Positions 8,771 through 19,576 are shown, numbered from the stretch's first letter. The stretch: DNA of 64,000 nucleotides from an uncultured virus (IMG/VR IMGVR_UViG_3300025167_000005) (IMGVR_UViG_3300025167_000005), one strand, 5' to 3'. Notes: generated by a model not told the origin, from the letters alone. Program-made: numbers and translations.

Positions 8771-11157
8771 CCCAGATGCGACCGCCGGTCCAGTTCGGCC
8801 ATGACCTCGTCAATGCCAAGCCGGTCACACTCCTTCTTGACCTTGTGGACGTACTGTCGGGTCACCCCGACTTCCCTGGCAATCAGGCTGAGCGACCACC
8901 CCGAGTGGCCTTGGAGCAGCTCAACGATTTGCCGCTTCTTGTGCGACTCCGGGTCGTTTGTAGCACCCTCTTCCCCGCCCTCATCGTCCTCGGCAAGGTC
9001 TTCCGGGTTCACGTCTATGGTCGGTATGGCCCCACGGGCCAGCAGGGCCTGCTGGACCATAGGTGTCGGGTCCTCATGCATGAACTTGTAGAGTAGGGTC
9101 GGATACTGATTGCTCGGATAGATGCCCAGGACTGCCACCAGCTCGTTGAAATTGAACTTCTTGTGAGTAACCGGGTGGATGCCCGAGTCAAACGACGCCG
9201 CGCCCTTGGTGTCAAAGTACATGCTACCGACCTTGCAATCCTCCCTGGAGGTCGCCATTCGCTCTGTCCTCGGCACGAGGACCGGGACAAAATTTAGCCC
9301 GCGCTCGGGCCACTCGACCAGGACCAGGGTACGAATCTCATATCTGGCGCGAAGCAGGTCTGCGGCATACTTCTGCATAAGATGCGGCTCCTTGGCCAGT
9401 CGGATGTCGAGCAGGCCTTCCTCGGACCGCAGCTTCTTAATCATCAGCTCAGGCCGGATGGAAATGAACTCCATGGATGCACCGAACTTCCTGATGAGCG
9501 TGCCCACCTTGACCATTGAACGAGAGAGGAAATCCTGGAACGACGCAGACTCCAGGCTAACGGCGCCTTCGTCAATAATCCACAGCACCTTGGCCTCTGG
9601 GTTCTCGTGAAAAATCTCAGACAGAACGAGAAAGAACTGAGCCAGCGTGGTGACTTTGATGTAGCGAGGAGGATAGCCTTCCTTGTCTCCCCACCGACTT
9701 CCCTCTCCTTTGACGTTGATAAGTACATTGCTCAACACCCACCCATCATGATGAAGGAACCAGTCTGCGAGAACCATGGCAAGATGCGTGTTGTGAGACA
9801 CAATGTCGTTTGCCAGGAAGTTGTGGACTTCTGGAACTGTGATGTCATATACCGGTCCAGAGTATTCCACCGAGCTTGCCGACGTGACCAAATCCCATAA
9901 GATTGGAGCTTTCAGAACCTCCCTGGCAAGCTCGGGGTTGTCAATCCTTAGACACCCCTCATCGAGAATACGCTGAAGCTTTTGCCGGGTCATCCCATAC
10001 TTCGGCCTGAAGGTAGGAGCCGTATGCCGAATACCCCTCCTATATAGAGACTTGTTCTGCTGCTGTATACCAATAGCATCAATAAAGCTCATAGGGATAA
10101 CATTCAAGGTCGAGTTTGCCGTGTGAGCGGTCGTGTCCAGCCTCCGGCTTCTCGCCCCCACAATTCCAATTTCCCTGGAAAACTTTCCGGCTGAATCTCC
10201 ATCGGTTATGTTGACCTGATACGAAATACACGAGGCTCGTGTCTTGGAGTTGGTACACGTCTTCGTGCCCGAAGTAAGCTGACTCAGAATCCCAAATCTC
10301 AAAAGGAGATGCCGAACCTCTTCGACCAGTCGTCTTGACGTGGAAGAGTAAGAAATACGCCCAAGCTTGTTTACATAACCATCTGTAGAAAACAGACACC
10401 TCAAGAACACGGACACATTGCTTCTCGTGGAGGTAAACACGGCCGTTGGAATGAACTTGGTTCTGCTTCTACTTCCATACAGTCCGTGGGTCTCCAAAAA
10501 AGTCATCAGCGGGGACCTGGCCATCGTACCATGCCGTCTATTTCTCTTAACCACGCGATGTGTATACGGCCCATGAGCCACCATGTCCATGGCGACCCCA
10601 CTCTTCTCTCCGAGGGCCTTCAGCGCCCCAGCAAAATCTTCAACAACTTCCCTATCAGCGTTCGTGAATGAGACCTGGGGGCCGCAGTGTCCATCCCCAA
10701 TCATGTAAGCCAGCAGTTTCAACTCCTCGTCTTCCATTTTCTTCGTACCCCAGACATCCAACTCTCTTGGAGTAGCGATAAAGTCCGAACCAGGTAGCAA
10801 CTTAGCAGCAGGAACCCAGCCGAGCGGAGTCAACAGAGGATGCTCCGGTGTAACAAGGATACTCCTCCCAGTTCTCGTCTCGACCCTAACCATTCCGTCC
10901 GAGGGTAACTCATAATGTGCCACGGCAGGCAGCGATACAAATCCATCGCGCCTCAGCCCGACCACGGCGGCCTCTCTGGCCGCCACCACTTGCGACGCAG
11001 CAGGCCAACGACCATCTGGAAGCAAGATGCGGGTATCTGGCCCGACGCACTTACCCCCGCCGCGGTTCCCCGTCACAAGGATAATTCTCCCCTCCCCCAG
11101 CATCTGGGTCAGCGCCTCCTTCATCCGGCGTTTCCTCGACACGTCGGCCTCGTCCAT
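8764..11157 (-). CDS. Zot/FtsK-HerA-like P-loop ATPase with intein and C-terminal HTH
   Basis: Spliced Walker A GNRGGGK|T, Walker B VLWIIDEG, IRKFG arginine motif, C-terminal SLSLIAREVGVTRQYV HTH. Confidence 0.8.
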   Translation of the reverse strand: MDEADVSRKRRMKEALTQMLGEGRIILVTGNRGGGKCVGPDTRILLPDGRWPAASQVVAAREAAVVGLRRDGFVSLPAVAHYELPSDGMVRVETRTGRSILVTPEHPLLTPLGWVPAAKLLPGSDFIATPRELDVWGTKKMEDEELKLLAYMIGDGHCGPQVSFTNADREVVEDFAGALKALGEKSGVAMDMVAHGPYTHRVVKRNRRHGTMARSPLMTFLETHGLYGSRSRTKFIPTAVFTSTRSNVSVFLRCLFSTDGYVNKLGRISYSSTSRRLVEEVRHLLLRFGILSQLTSGTKTCTNSKTRASCISYQVNITDGDSAGKFSREIGIVGARSRRLDTTAHTANSTLNVIPMSFIDAIGIQQQNKSLYRRGIRHTAPTFRPKYGMTRQKLQRILDEGCLRIDNPELAREVLKAPILWDLVTSASSVEYSGPVYDITVPEVHNFLANDIVSHNTHLAMVLADWFLHHDGWVLSNVLINVKGEGSRWGDKEGYPPRYIKVTTLAQFFLVLSEIFHENPEAKVLWIIDEGAVSLESASFQDFLSRSMVKVGTLIRKFGASMEFISIRPELMIKKLRSEEGLLDIRLAKEPHLMQKYAADLLRARYEIRTLVLVEWPERGLNFVPVLVPRTERMATSREDCKVGSMYFDTKGAASFDSGIHPVTHKKFNFNELVAVLGIYPSNQYPTLLYKFMHEDPTPMVQQALLARGAIPTIDVNPEDLAEDDEGGEEGATNDPESHKKRQIVELLQGHSGWSLSLIAREVGVTRQYVHKVKKECDRLGIDEVMAELDRRSHLGQ
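9790..11049 (-). mobile_element. Intein (420 aa) with LAGLIDADG endonuclease in Walker A
   Basis: Starts CVGPDTRIL, block B VTPEHPL, LAGLIDADG motifs LLAYMIGDG and FLRCLFSTDG, ends VYDITV...IVSHN followed by Thr. Confidence 0.95.
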
Positions 11158-11552
11158 CAGAAGGCGTCCTCCAGGGAGGACACCGTGCGCCTGGCAGCCT
11201 TGCGGTGCGCCGTGACCACCTCAACGTACAAGATAGAGTCACGCAGCTTCTCCAGGAGCAGGACCTTCATGTCCACACCGGCATAAGTCACGAACGCCCG
11301 CTTGAATACTCTGGACTCGCTCGGCGAAAACACCCGGTCCCCATGGTCCTTGCAGTAGTCGAGAACCTCCAGAAAAGCCTGAGTCGTTTCCTCCCTGGAC
11401 ATGAGCTTGCTGACGAGGACATACCATTCATCCAGGGGAATGTTCTCATCGGAAACTATCCTCGCTATGGTCTCATCGTAGAACTCGCCGAGCCGCTGGC
11501 CAGCCCGCTGCTTCAGCTCAACTTGGTTCCGGCTGTCCTGGTCCTCCGGCAT
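11157..11552 (-). CDS. Hypothetical protein
   Basis: Overlap-coupled ORF in the ATPase operon. Confidence 0.7.
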   Translation of the reverse strand: MPEDQDSRNQVELKQRAGQRLGEFYDETIARIVSDENIPLDEWYVLVSKLMSREETTQAFLEVLDYCKDHGDRVFSPSESRVFKRAFVTYAGVDMKVLLLEKLRDSILYVEVVTAHRKAARRTVSSLEDAF

Positions 11553-12078
11553 CAACCACCTCCTGAACCTGCCTCCCGGCTACAATCTCCCGGGCACGCT
11601 TTCTGGCCAACTCCCTTCGACTCCCAACGACGAACTCTTGCTGCATGGCCTCGATGAGTTCCGCCGAGAAGTTAGGATTGAACGGGATGTTCGTAAGCAG
11701 GATGCCCAACTGGTCCATCCAGAACTGGTAACGGGACAGTATCCGAAAGTAAAGCGAGAGCAGTTTGGAGTGATACTGAGAATCGTCCGGAATCAACGCC
11801 CCTGCGCTCTCCACGAGGATAGCAATGTCGTAATCGAAATCGTTCTTGGAACCACGCCTCTCGGCCAGCGCTTCCATGCGAAAGTACAAGTCGCCAGTGA
11901 TAAGTGTGTGAGCCCGGTTCAACGTTTCCGCCAGGGACAGTGCATCGAGATTGTTCCAGTCACGGACAACCGAGTTCAGTAGGCGGCGGGCATCCATCAT
12001 CGAGTTCTCCAGATTGATGATGAATTGGACATCCTTCTCCTCGGTTCTTTCAACAGAAGTCTTCGCCTCAGTCGCCAT
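11518..12078 (-). CDS. Hypothetical helical protein
   Basis: RBS gaggagggg before ATG; tightly packed ORF. Confidence 0.7.
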   Translation of the reverse strand: MATEAKTSVERTEEKDVQFIINLENSMMDARRLLNSVVRDWNNLDALSLAETLNRAHTLITGDLYFRMEALAERRGSKNDFDYDIAILVESAGALIPDDSQYHSKLLSLYFRILSRYQFWMDQLGILLTNIPFNPNFSAELIEAMQQEFVVGSRRELARKRAREIVAGRQVQEVVDAGGPGQPEPS

Positions 12079-12691
12079 CAGTCCCCTCCTCGTCACTCAA
12101 ATCGTCCTCTTCGTCCTCTTCACCTTCGCCACCACGAAGGGGCGCCATGATATGGGTGAACGAGACCCCGAGTTCCCTGGGATGCTCCCGGACGATTTTA
12201 CATCTGGCCAACTTCCCCATGACCGCTCCGATAATGGGTGCAAGGACCGTGTTATAGTACATCTCATGCCGCTGGTCTTCAACTGCCCTCAGACCAACCT
12301 GGAGATGCTCCATGGCCACGTCGCTGGAAGATTCCGTGGCGCCTCCCACACTAATTCGATACACGAAAACTCGGTCAGAAGTCTTCACAACGGCCATCCG
12401 GATGCGCGGGGCGCTATAGGCCTTCAGAAATGCCCGCAACTTGTAAGAAGTCTTCTTGTCTTTGTCCTTCACATCAGCCTCGAATTTGGCCAAGGCCGAA
12501 GCCGCAGCACTCAACAGACGGTGTCCGGCACGAACACGCTCGGCCAGCGGGAGGGTGTGGTCCTGAAACGCCTTGAACTCGTCCTCAATGGCATCTGTAG
12601 AGACCGAGATGAACCTCCGCCTCTGCAATGCCTGCATTGACGGCGGAGGCTGTTCCTGATTCTGAGGTTCCTCGGGAAACAATGTAGCCAC
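12068..12691 (-). CDS. Hypothetical protein with acidic tail
   Basis: Tightly packed 207-aa ORF. Confidence 0.7.
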   Translation of the reverse strand: MATLFPEEPQNQEQPPPSMQALQRRRFISVSTDAIEDEFKAFQDHTLPLAERVRAGHRLLSAAASALAKFEADVKDKDKKTSYKLRAFLKAYSAPRIRMAVVKTSDRVFVYRISVGGATESSSDVAMEHLQVGLRAVEDQRHEMYYNTVLAPIIGAVMGKLARCKIVREHPRELGVSFTHIMAPLRGGEGEEDEEDDLSDEEGTDGD

Positions 12692-12694
12692 GGC

Positions 12695-12931
12695 TTAGCC
12701 CTCCATCTCTTCCAGGGTTCTGGCCAGGTTCTCGGCACTGTCGGCGGTATCGTCGGCCGCGGTCCTTCTCTCGGGCTTCTTCTTCCGTTTCAAGATGTCC
12801 AATAGCTTCCTGGGTTTCGTGGGTTCTTCCCTGGGAGGAAGAGATTCCTGCACCGGGATAAGACCATAGCGCACCGGAGGCTTCTCATCGTCCTCTGGCC
12901 GCTTCCGGACGTGCCGTCTAATGACTGGCAT
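12695..12931 (-). CDS. Small basic protein with N-terminal VIRRHVRKR tag
   Basis: Starts MPVIRRHVRKRP and overlaps the end of the upstream gene. Confidence 0.65.
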   Translation of the reverse strand: MPVIRRHVRKRPEDDEKPPVRYGLIPVQESLPPREEPTKPRKLLDILKRKKKPERRTAADDTADSAENLARTLEEMEG

Positions 12932-13265
12932 CTTCCCCCCTACCCCCCAGGAACGTCTCCACGAACCTCTTCCTGGAGAACCCGCGCATCCTCTCCAGGA
13001 ATGACTTTGGCGCAAACCCTTGGACCCCATGCAGGACGAAGTCCTCGACCGTCTCACAGGCCTTGCACTTAACCTGAAGCGTCTGGGACTCCGCCACGTA
13101 GGTCACGACCGTTCTCTGAAAGGACCGACAGACAGGACATAGCAGGCGATGCCCGGTGTTCTTACTGCTTGCCGCGACCGGCCCTGCCGATGCAGTTTTC
13201 TGGACAGTATCAAGATAGGTGTCCAGGATGTCGTCTTCTTCCTCAACCACTTCTTTCTCAGTCAC
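12918..13265 (-). CDS. Zinc-ribbon protein
   Basis: CPVC...CKAC. Confidence 0.7.
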   Translation of the reverse strand: MTEKEVVEEEDDILDTYLDTVQKTASAGPVAASSKNTGHRLLCPVCRSFQRTVVTYVAESQTLQVKCKACETVEDFVLHGVQGFAPKSFLERMRGFSRKRFVETFLGGRGEDASH

Positions 13266-14020
13266 TTTTCAGCCTCCTCAGGAGATATCTTCTGAGGCCC
13301 GGGCTGCTCGATAGGAGTCTCGCGGAAGGTCTTGATGGCGTCGAGCTTGCGCAAGAACTCCTCGGAGAACACGTCCGAGCTGGCCGCGACCTCTCCGCGC
13401 CACTGCTGGAGCAGGCGTGCCATGCCCTCCATTGCAACAATCTCCTTGGGGAACTCGTCCGGGTAAAGAGTCTTGGAGAACAGGACAAAGTAGACTCGTG
13501 CATTTCCAACCTCCCTTCCAAGAGTATCCCGGATTCCGGGCCTGGCCAGAAATGCCGCGGTTTCCCCCGAACTCAGCTCCAGAGGAGTCCCCCGAACAAT
13601 GAAAAACCTGTCTCTGGCCATGCTCTCAATCATGAATGGCGACGCGGTGACCAGGAGAGTGGTCGTCCCAGAACCGCCTACCTTCTCGATGTCTTGCTTG
13701 CTGAGGAACCGCTTCGCAGCATTGTATCCACCAACAAAAACTACTCCGAGATAAGCCCCCCACCCTGGGTCATAGACCACTTCGGCACGAGAATCGAACA
13801 TGGTGAAAATCTCCGTCTCTGTGATGACCATCGGACTGTGAAACTTCACCGTGGTCATGAAAGTCACGAAGATGGCAAAGAAACACAACAGCATGATAAG
13901 GATGAAGTCCAGGACCAGCATCCGGACGGTTATTGCCGCCGTCAAGACCAACACGATGATGCCAATGATGACCATGGCAATAAGTGACAGCTTGTCCTTG
14001 GTCCACCGTTTTTCGGGCAT
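13262..14020 (-). CDS. Membrane protein (two N-terminal TM helices)
   Basis: Hydrophobic residues ~11-55 followed by a soluble domain. Confidence 0.75.
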   Translation of the reverse strand: MPEKRWTKDKLSLIAMVIIGIIVLVLTAAITVRMLVLDFILIMLLCFFAIFVTFMTTVKFHSPMVITETEIFTMFDSRAEVVYDPGWGAYLGVVFVGGYNAAKRFLSKQDIEKVGGSGTTTLLVTASPFMIESMARDRFFIVRGTPLELSSGETAAFLARPGIRDTLGREVGNARVYFVLFSKTLYPDEFPKEIVAMEGMARLLQQWRGEVAASSDVFSEEFLRKLDAIKTFRETPIEQPGPQKISPEEAEK

Positions 14021-14782
14021 CTACTTGATTCGCTCCGCGTCCGCTGCCTTGGTAGTCTCGTCATCTCCAGAAGAAAAGAACAGCTTTTTTGCGGTCTCCT
14101 TGGGAGTGCTCTTCCGCATGGCCGCGGCCAGGACCCGGATTTCCTTGATGAACCTCTCGCCGCCCTGGTGGGCCCAGCGCCGGGTCTCCGCCATAAGCCT
14201 GGCGTACTTGTCCACGATGAACGCCTGCTCCTCGCGCAGGCGCTGCGAGTCCTGCCCGTGAAGGGAATCAAGAAGGGAGAAGTGAAGCAGGCTGTCCCCC
14301 TTGGGAATGAACCCGCTGAACGAGGTCCGCACGGCTTGGTCGTGCTCGTGGGCGGCGAGACCGGCCAGCAACGCACCGGGAATAGGTTGCGTGGGTGAGT
14401 AGATGAGGAGAGCCTTGCGAGCGAACCGTTCCGTGGACGCCTTCGGGACGAAGAGAGCGTCCTTGTCCGAAATGGACGTGCCCCCCCAGGCACCGCCGCC
14501 GACAAGGTAGAGGCTCTGAGGCGGAAACGGGTCTCCGCCGAGGTCGGTCTCCGCAAGGGGCTGAAGCGTGCTTGCGCTCTGCCGCATGGCCGACTCCGTG
14601 ATAACGACCACCGACTTGGCCCGGATGTAGAGCAGGCCATAGTACCCTGCGAACCAGAGGACGGCTGCGCCCATGGCAAGAAGCAACACCAGGGGAACAT
14701 TGGCACTGGTCGAAAGAGGTCTCAATACGAGCAGGAGGACGATGACTCCGGCAAAGAGCAAGTAAGAACGCGAGAGACGCAC
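14021..14782 (-). CDS. Membrane protein (two N-terminal TM helices)
   Basis: Leaderless after TATA aagctttaaatac (~14805); hydrophobic N-terminus. Confidence 0.75.
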   Translation of the reverse strand: MRLSRSYLLFAGVIVLLLVLRPLSTSANVPLVLLLAMGAAVLWFAGYYGLLYIRAKSVVVITESAMRQSASTLQPLAETDLGGDPFPPQSLYLVGGGAWGGTSISDKDALFVPKASTERFARKALLIYSPTQPIPGALLAGLAAHEHDQAVRTSFSGFIPKGDSLLHFSLLDSLHGQDSQRLREEQAFIVDKYARLMAETRRWAHQGGERFIKEIRVLAAAMRKSTPKETAKKLFFSSGDDETTKAADAERIK

Positions 14783-14824
14783 GGTGAGTCTGTTTCCGCG
14801 TGGAGTATTTAAAGCTTGCTCGGC

Positions 14825-16271
14825 CTAAGGCATCCTTTTCTCACGGATGACCAGGAACGAGCGGACCGCAAAGCGGACGATGAGTGGAATTCCGATGAGA
14901 AGGAATATGACCAACTCTGCGTTGGCCTCTCCGAAATTGTCGATGCGCACCCAGACTGCTTTGGCAGGACTCATGTACGCCAGGATGAAGGTGAGAAGAA
15001 AGACCGCATAAATCGCAATCAAGTAAGCGAGACCAGCAACGTCAAGGACCTGCGCAAGAGTGACCGAGTCGCTATTCCGGGGTCGCATTTTCGTCCTCAT
15101 TATAAAATTGGCAAATAGGACAATTCCTGAGTTCTGCTGCGACGGAGGCGTCGTTCATGCGAAGAGAAACTCCCCACACCGACCCGCAGCTTTCGCAAGT
15201 GACATCGAGGAAACGACGTTTTGACATCGACTTACACCTCGTACAGTCTATCGAGATGGTCCAGCTCGTAGACGCGAGCCCTGTCGCCCACTTTGCAGAC
15301 AAGAATGAATAGTTTGATGAGCAGCCAGGCCGTAAGGACCATCACCGCGCCGACAACAGACCAGAGAACCAGAGCCTCAACGCGCAGATAGTCGGCAACC
15401 CTTGTGCTCACGATGGGATGCGTCATATAGTATCTCACCGAGGCCAGAACACCGCTGTCAACGGTCCAGAAAAACATGATGAAGAAATACGTCGTAAGAA
15501 ACCCAAGGAAATTGACCAGCGCCCGGTTGTACAACTTCTTGTCTTCTGGATTCTTCATGCGCTCCTTGGTCATGACCATCGCTACCTTCATCCGGAGGAA
15601 GCCTCCAGTAATGCCACCAACATTCTTTGCCTGGCGCATGGAGAACTGCATTCAATCCTCTTTGGGGTCGGAGATACTTGAAGGTTTCCCCAGCTTGACG
15701 TGCATGCTCTCGTGAAACAGAAAGGCTGCCAAGAGAACGAAAAAGAGTACCTTCACCGATTGTACCGTGAACCCGCTGTAAAGGGCCCCATGGTCAAAGA
15801 AGGCCAGCAAAAGAAGGCCCACCGAGATTGCCAGCAACACGAACTTGATAACGACCCTGGAAACCAGTCCGCCTTGGCAGCGTTCACCAGGAAGTTTCAG
15901 TCTCTTGTGCATCTTGCACCAGATGACCGCAACCGGCCGTGGCTCTACTTTTCCGGCCATATAGGGTCGGCGGTCCTCTCCCGGGTCATCCTTCACTTCG
16001 CGGTCTCCCCGTTTTCCGGTTTCCTATTGGAAAAGAGGGCAATTCCAACCAACAGCAGAATGACCGACAGTGGTCCAGTTCCGAACACGAACCATCGATG
16101 CAAATCCATAGCGGTTCCTACCCACGGGTTCGGACCGGAATAGGGATACAGGGCGGCATACCGGACATCGTAAGGAGTTAGCAACCAGAGAACGAGAAGC
16201 GCAATGATGGTGATGAACATCAGCACGAACCCCGCCATGAACAAGTTGAAAGCTACCCGTTCTCGATTCAC
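14825..16271 (-). other. Run of small membrane and Zn-ribbon ORFs (14825-15100, ~15072-15227, 15232-15651, 15652-15996, 15993-16271)
   Basis: Abutting or overlapping ORFs with two TM segments each, and one CxxC..CxxC protein. Confidence 0.65.
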
Positions 16272-16597
16272 TTTTTCGCCTCCTTGAAGACGACTTCGCG
16301 GGCTTTCAATATCGCCTGGATTGCGGCGAGCTTGCTCTCGGCTCTCTTGACTTTGTCCGCCGAGATGCGGTAAGGATTTTTCCAGGCTTGGACAGCACGC
16401 TTCCAATGCTTGCGACAGTATTCACTGGAATCCAAAGCACACCCGCCCCTGGCACCGGCATCCTCCAGACCACAGTCTACCAGCCTCGCAACTTTTTTGT
16501 ACTTGGCCTTCATCTTCTCGTACTGGTTATAGAAAAAGCATGCCTGCCTGTACAAGCTCTCCGGGCTCTCGAACTCGATGGGCTCTGGATACGACAT
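16268..16597 (-). CDS. Hypothetical protein
   Basis: Tightly packed ORF with C..C..CxxH. Confidence 0.65.
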   Translation of the reverse strand: MSYPEPIEFESPESLYRQACFFYNQYEKMKAKYKKVARLVDCGLEDAGARGGCALDSSEYCRKHWKRAVQAWKNPYRISADKVKRAESKLAAIQAILKAREVVFKEAKK

Positions 16598-16966
16598 TCA
16601 GTACCTCTCCGGAAACTCGAAGTCGCAGCGACATCCCCGACAATGCTGCTCCACAGCGGAGCCTATCCACTCGTCCAGGTCCACCAGAGCCATCCGATTC
16701 GGACTACCGTTCTTCTGAAGCACGACAACGGCGATACGCTTGCCTTCTTCCAAGGCTTCTTTCCTGGCCTTCTCGAAGAATCTCCAGCCAGGAACGCGCT
16801 TCAGCTTCTTGTACTCAACGAACAGGAGCCCGGTCTCCTTGATGTCGGCCTTCGTCCCAGTCGCCCGGGTCATACCGCTGAGCGGGTTGCGATGCGCCTT
16901 CGGGAAGAGAGGCAGCAGGATTTCGGCCAGACGACGCTCTCCGGCCTTCCAGGCTTTATCAGCCAT
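16598..16966 (-). CDS. Hjc-like Holliday junction resolvase (PD-(D/E)xK)
   Basis: MADKAWKAGERRLA...PLSG...ADI...FVEYKK pattern. Confidence 0.75.
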   Translation of the reverse strand: MADKAWKAGERRLAEILLPLFPKAHRNPLSGMTRATGTKADIKETGLLFVEYKKLKRVPGWRFFEKARKEALEEGKRIAVVVLQKNGSPNRMALVDLDEWIGSAVEQHCRGCRCDFEFPERY

Positions 16967-17410
16967 TCCAAGCCTCCCGGAGTTCCTTGTCTGTCCGGCG
17001 CTCGACAGTGATGCGTATCTTCCTATCTGTGATGAAGCCCTCATACATTGCGCTTGCTTCAAGAGCGTAAGGTGTCTCTACCTCGACCTCCAAACTACCG
17101 TCTGGCAGATAGCGAACCGTCACAACGGGGTCCTTGTCTGTCATGCGGTCTTCCTCCGTCGCTGTATCTCGCCACGAAGAAGGACAAGTAACCTCGCGTC
17201 CCGAAGCTGCCTTGCTCCTGCTACGGCAGCTTCATAGCTCTCCAGCGCAATCTTCATCCTTATCTCGGCAAGTGGATTCACACAGGAATCAAGAAATGCG
17301 CCTCTGTACCGCACAAAATCGGCCCCATAAGACGCATCGTACTCCTCCCATATCGCATTGAACTTCTTCGCTGCCATCTTTCTCACAGGCACATCGTAAG
17401 CGTCGCCCAT

Positions 17411-18349
17411 CTACGTCGCTTCCTCCGCCAAGAGCTGCTTCAGCCGCTTCACCACGGCACGCATGACCAGGTCGTACAGCAGCTTCAGGTCGAGCTTGTC
17501 TCTCCGGGTCACGATGTCTCGCCAGTTCTCTTCCCAGCCATCCTCGTAGACGAGCTGGGCCACAACCGGGACCAGCTTCATGGAACGCTCCGAGCCTGCC
17601 CCGACCAGCTCGTGGAACTTCTTGTCGATGCGGGCCTTCGGCCAAAACTCCTCGACCAGGTCGGGCTCCGACGATACGTATTTCTTGACGCCCCAGGCCG
17701 TCTTTAGGGCTTCCTTGAACTCGTCGCGGACAAGTTTCGCATAGAGCTGACGGCTCCACCGGTTGTAGTGGTCATAGGACTTGATGACAATCCCCTCGGG
17801 CATGCCCGGATATATCTGCGAGACCTCCAGGAGCGCCTTCAGGCTTTCATGAGTCCACCGGTCGTTGCCCTGATAGAGAATAGGCACGAAGGACAACCCC
17901 AGACCCTCGAACATCTGCTTGGCCACGTTGGCCGACACGAACCGACCGCGCAGCTCGCCGCCATCGAAGTCCGGCGCATTGGCCCAGGTCCACACGTCGA
18001 TGCCAATGGCCTGAAGCGGAACAGGATACTTGATGGTATGAGCCAAGCCCTCACCGAAGCCTTCCAGGAAGTAGACCGCCTCGGGCTTCAAGTCGTCCGG
18101 CTTCACCCGCTCCAGAATCCACTCGGCGACCTTCCGATGCAGGTGTTTCTTTGGAATCAGGTCGATGGAGCCCAGGACGACGTGATGCGTTCCGAAGACG
18201 ATTTGACCATCGCGCAGAGCAAAGCGAACGTTAGAACCGTCCACCTTCTCACTAATGACCAGGTCGTTGCACTGAAGGATGCCCTCGTTCTCCTCATCGC
18301 CGAGAGTCTTGATTTTCGGGTACTCGCAGAACGGATGAGAAGGCATCAA
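17411..18349 (-). CDS. ATP-dependent RNA ligase (Rnl2-like nucleotidyltransferase)
   Basis: YPKI, motif I EKVDGSN, FLEGFG, EGIVIK, YAKLV. Confidence 0.85.
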   Translation of the reverse strand: MMPSHPFCEYPKIKTLGDEENEGILQCNDLVISEKVDGSNVRFALRDGQIVFGTHHVVLGSIDLIPKKHLHRKVAEWILERVKPDDLKPEAVYFLEGFGEGLAHTIKYPVPLQAIGIDVWTWANAPDFDGGELRGRFVSANVAKQMFEGLGLSFVPILYQGNDRWTHESLKALLEVSQIYPGMPEGIVIKSYDHYNRWSRQLYAKLVRDEFKEALKTAWGVKKYVSSEPDLVEEFWPKARIDKKFHELVGAGSERSMKLVPVVAQLVYEDGWEENWRDIVTRRDKLDLKLLYDLVMRAVVKRLKQLLAEEAT

Positions 18350-18720
18350 CGGTCCCCCACGACAGACTTCACAAGTTCTCTCAGCGCTTCCCGCTTCTTC
18401 TCAGCCTCATCACCGACAACGCCCTCCGGCTTTGTGGTCCTCACCTCGCTGGACTGTGTTTCCTCGAAGACTCCTTTGGAATCGGGCGTCTTTACCTTAG
18501 GCTTGAAAGGATTCCAACTACGTGTCCCGATAGAAACCTCCCCGGTCAGTGCCCTCTTAGACGCAGGCGTCGGCACGTAGAGGATGAACCGGTATACGAC
18601 CGAGCGGCAGATTGGACAGAACACGGACTTCCCATCCTCCAAATGCTCCCGGCAGAACTGGAACGTCTCCTTGCACTTGGGACAAGTCGTCATGACGTAA
18701 GACTCAGGAACATCGCCCAT
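18346..18720 (-). CDS. Zinc-ribbon protein
   Basis: CPKC...CPIC; leaderless after aaccttcaaatac (~18745). Confidence 0.65.
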   Translation of the reverse strand: MGDVPESYVMTTCPKCKETFQFCREHLEDGKSVFCPICRSVVYRFILYVPTPASKRALTGEVSIGTRSWNPFKPKVKTPDSKGVFEETQSSEVRTTKPEGVVGDEAEKKREALRELVKSVVGDR

Positions 18721-18774
18721 GGTCAACTTCATGTGGCAGGAGAGGTATTTGAAGGTTGTCCAGAAAGATGGAAC

Positions 18775-18893
18775 CAAGCACGTCCCACCAGGCCGGTTAA
18801 GGTACGCAGAAACCCTTCAGGAGCAAACCCCGATTCGTCTGCCACCGCACCAGGGCCAGGAATCGAACCTGGCTATCAACCGTACTTGGCGCC
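18775..18893 (-). ncRNA. Putative ~120-nt structured RNA with T-arm (not a canonical tRNA)
   Basis: Promoter aaccttcaaatag at ~18915; gccagg-TTCGATT-cctggc; terminal pairing ccaagtacg/cgtgcttgg; inner stems ggtgcg/cgtacc and gcaga/tctgc. Confidence 0.6.
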
Positions 18894-19130
18894 AAGTGAG
18901 TTTAGGAGGCGGACCTATTTGAAGGTTCTGCTTGAACTATGTTGTTCAAAACCTTTAAATATGGCAAGGCGCTTGAAACTGTCCATGAGAATAACGCCCA
19001 GAACGGTCTTTCTCTTAGTGGCCACGTCTGGGGCCGTCCTCTTGTTTTTTGGAACGAGTTTTATTTTTCAGGTACTTGGCGTCTTCTTCCTTACAGTGGC
19101 AGGCATCCTCGCAGTGCGGAGGCGCTGACC

Positions 19131-19574
19131 ATGCCAACCAAAGTCCGCCGTCATCTCCGAAAGCAACCCGGTCTTCTCTTCGCCCACAGACGCGACGTAG
19201 GTCGAACTCCTCCGCCGTCCGATAGGAACCTGCTCGCGCCCAGGATTGATGCACGCAGGAACGCCCTCAAGAACAAAGTCGGAATAGGCTCCAAAGCCGG
19301 AACTCCATTGACAGATGCAGACATCGAACGGGCCGAAGCCGCTACCCACATCGACTCAGCAGAGCACAATGCTTACCAAAACGTGCAAGCCTGGGGACAT
19401 GCATCGGGTTACATTTCGGAAGCCGAGGCCCAAGTCATCTACATTGCTCTCGGAGACGTGGGGTCACAGGCCAACGGCGGGTGGAGGGCGGGAACTGACC
19501 TGGCCACAAAACTCGTCGTCATACAGGTTATCACCGAGCTGTTCAAAATCAGGCTGGGTCTTGGAGAGCACTAA
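19131..19574 (+). CDS. Hypothetical protein with N-terminal VRRHLRK tag
   Basis: MPTKVRRHLRKQ; follows a small TM ORF at 18985-19128. Confidence 0.7.
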   Translation: MPTKVRRHLRKQPGLLFAHRRDVGRTPPPSDRNLLAPRIDARRNALKNKVGIGSKAGTPLTDADIERAEAATHIDSAEHNAYQNVQAWGHASGYISEAEAQVIYIALGDVGSQANGGWRAGTDLATKLVVIQVITELFKIRLGLGEH

Positions 19575-19576
19575 CC

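Noticed and set aside
18845..18895. Canonical tRNA genes here and at ~8005
   Set aside because: Only a T-arm is present; I could not build a cloverleaf with D and anticodon arms.
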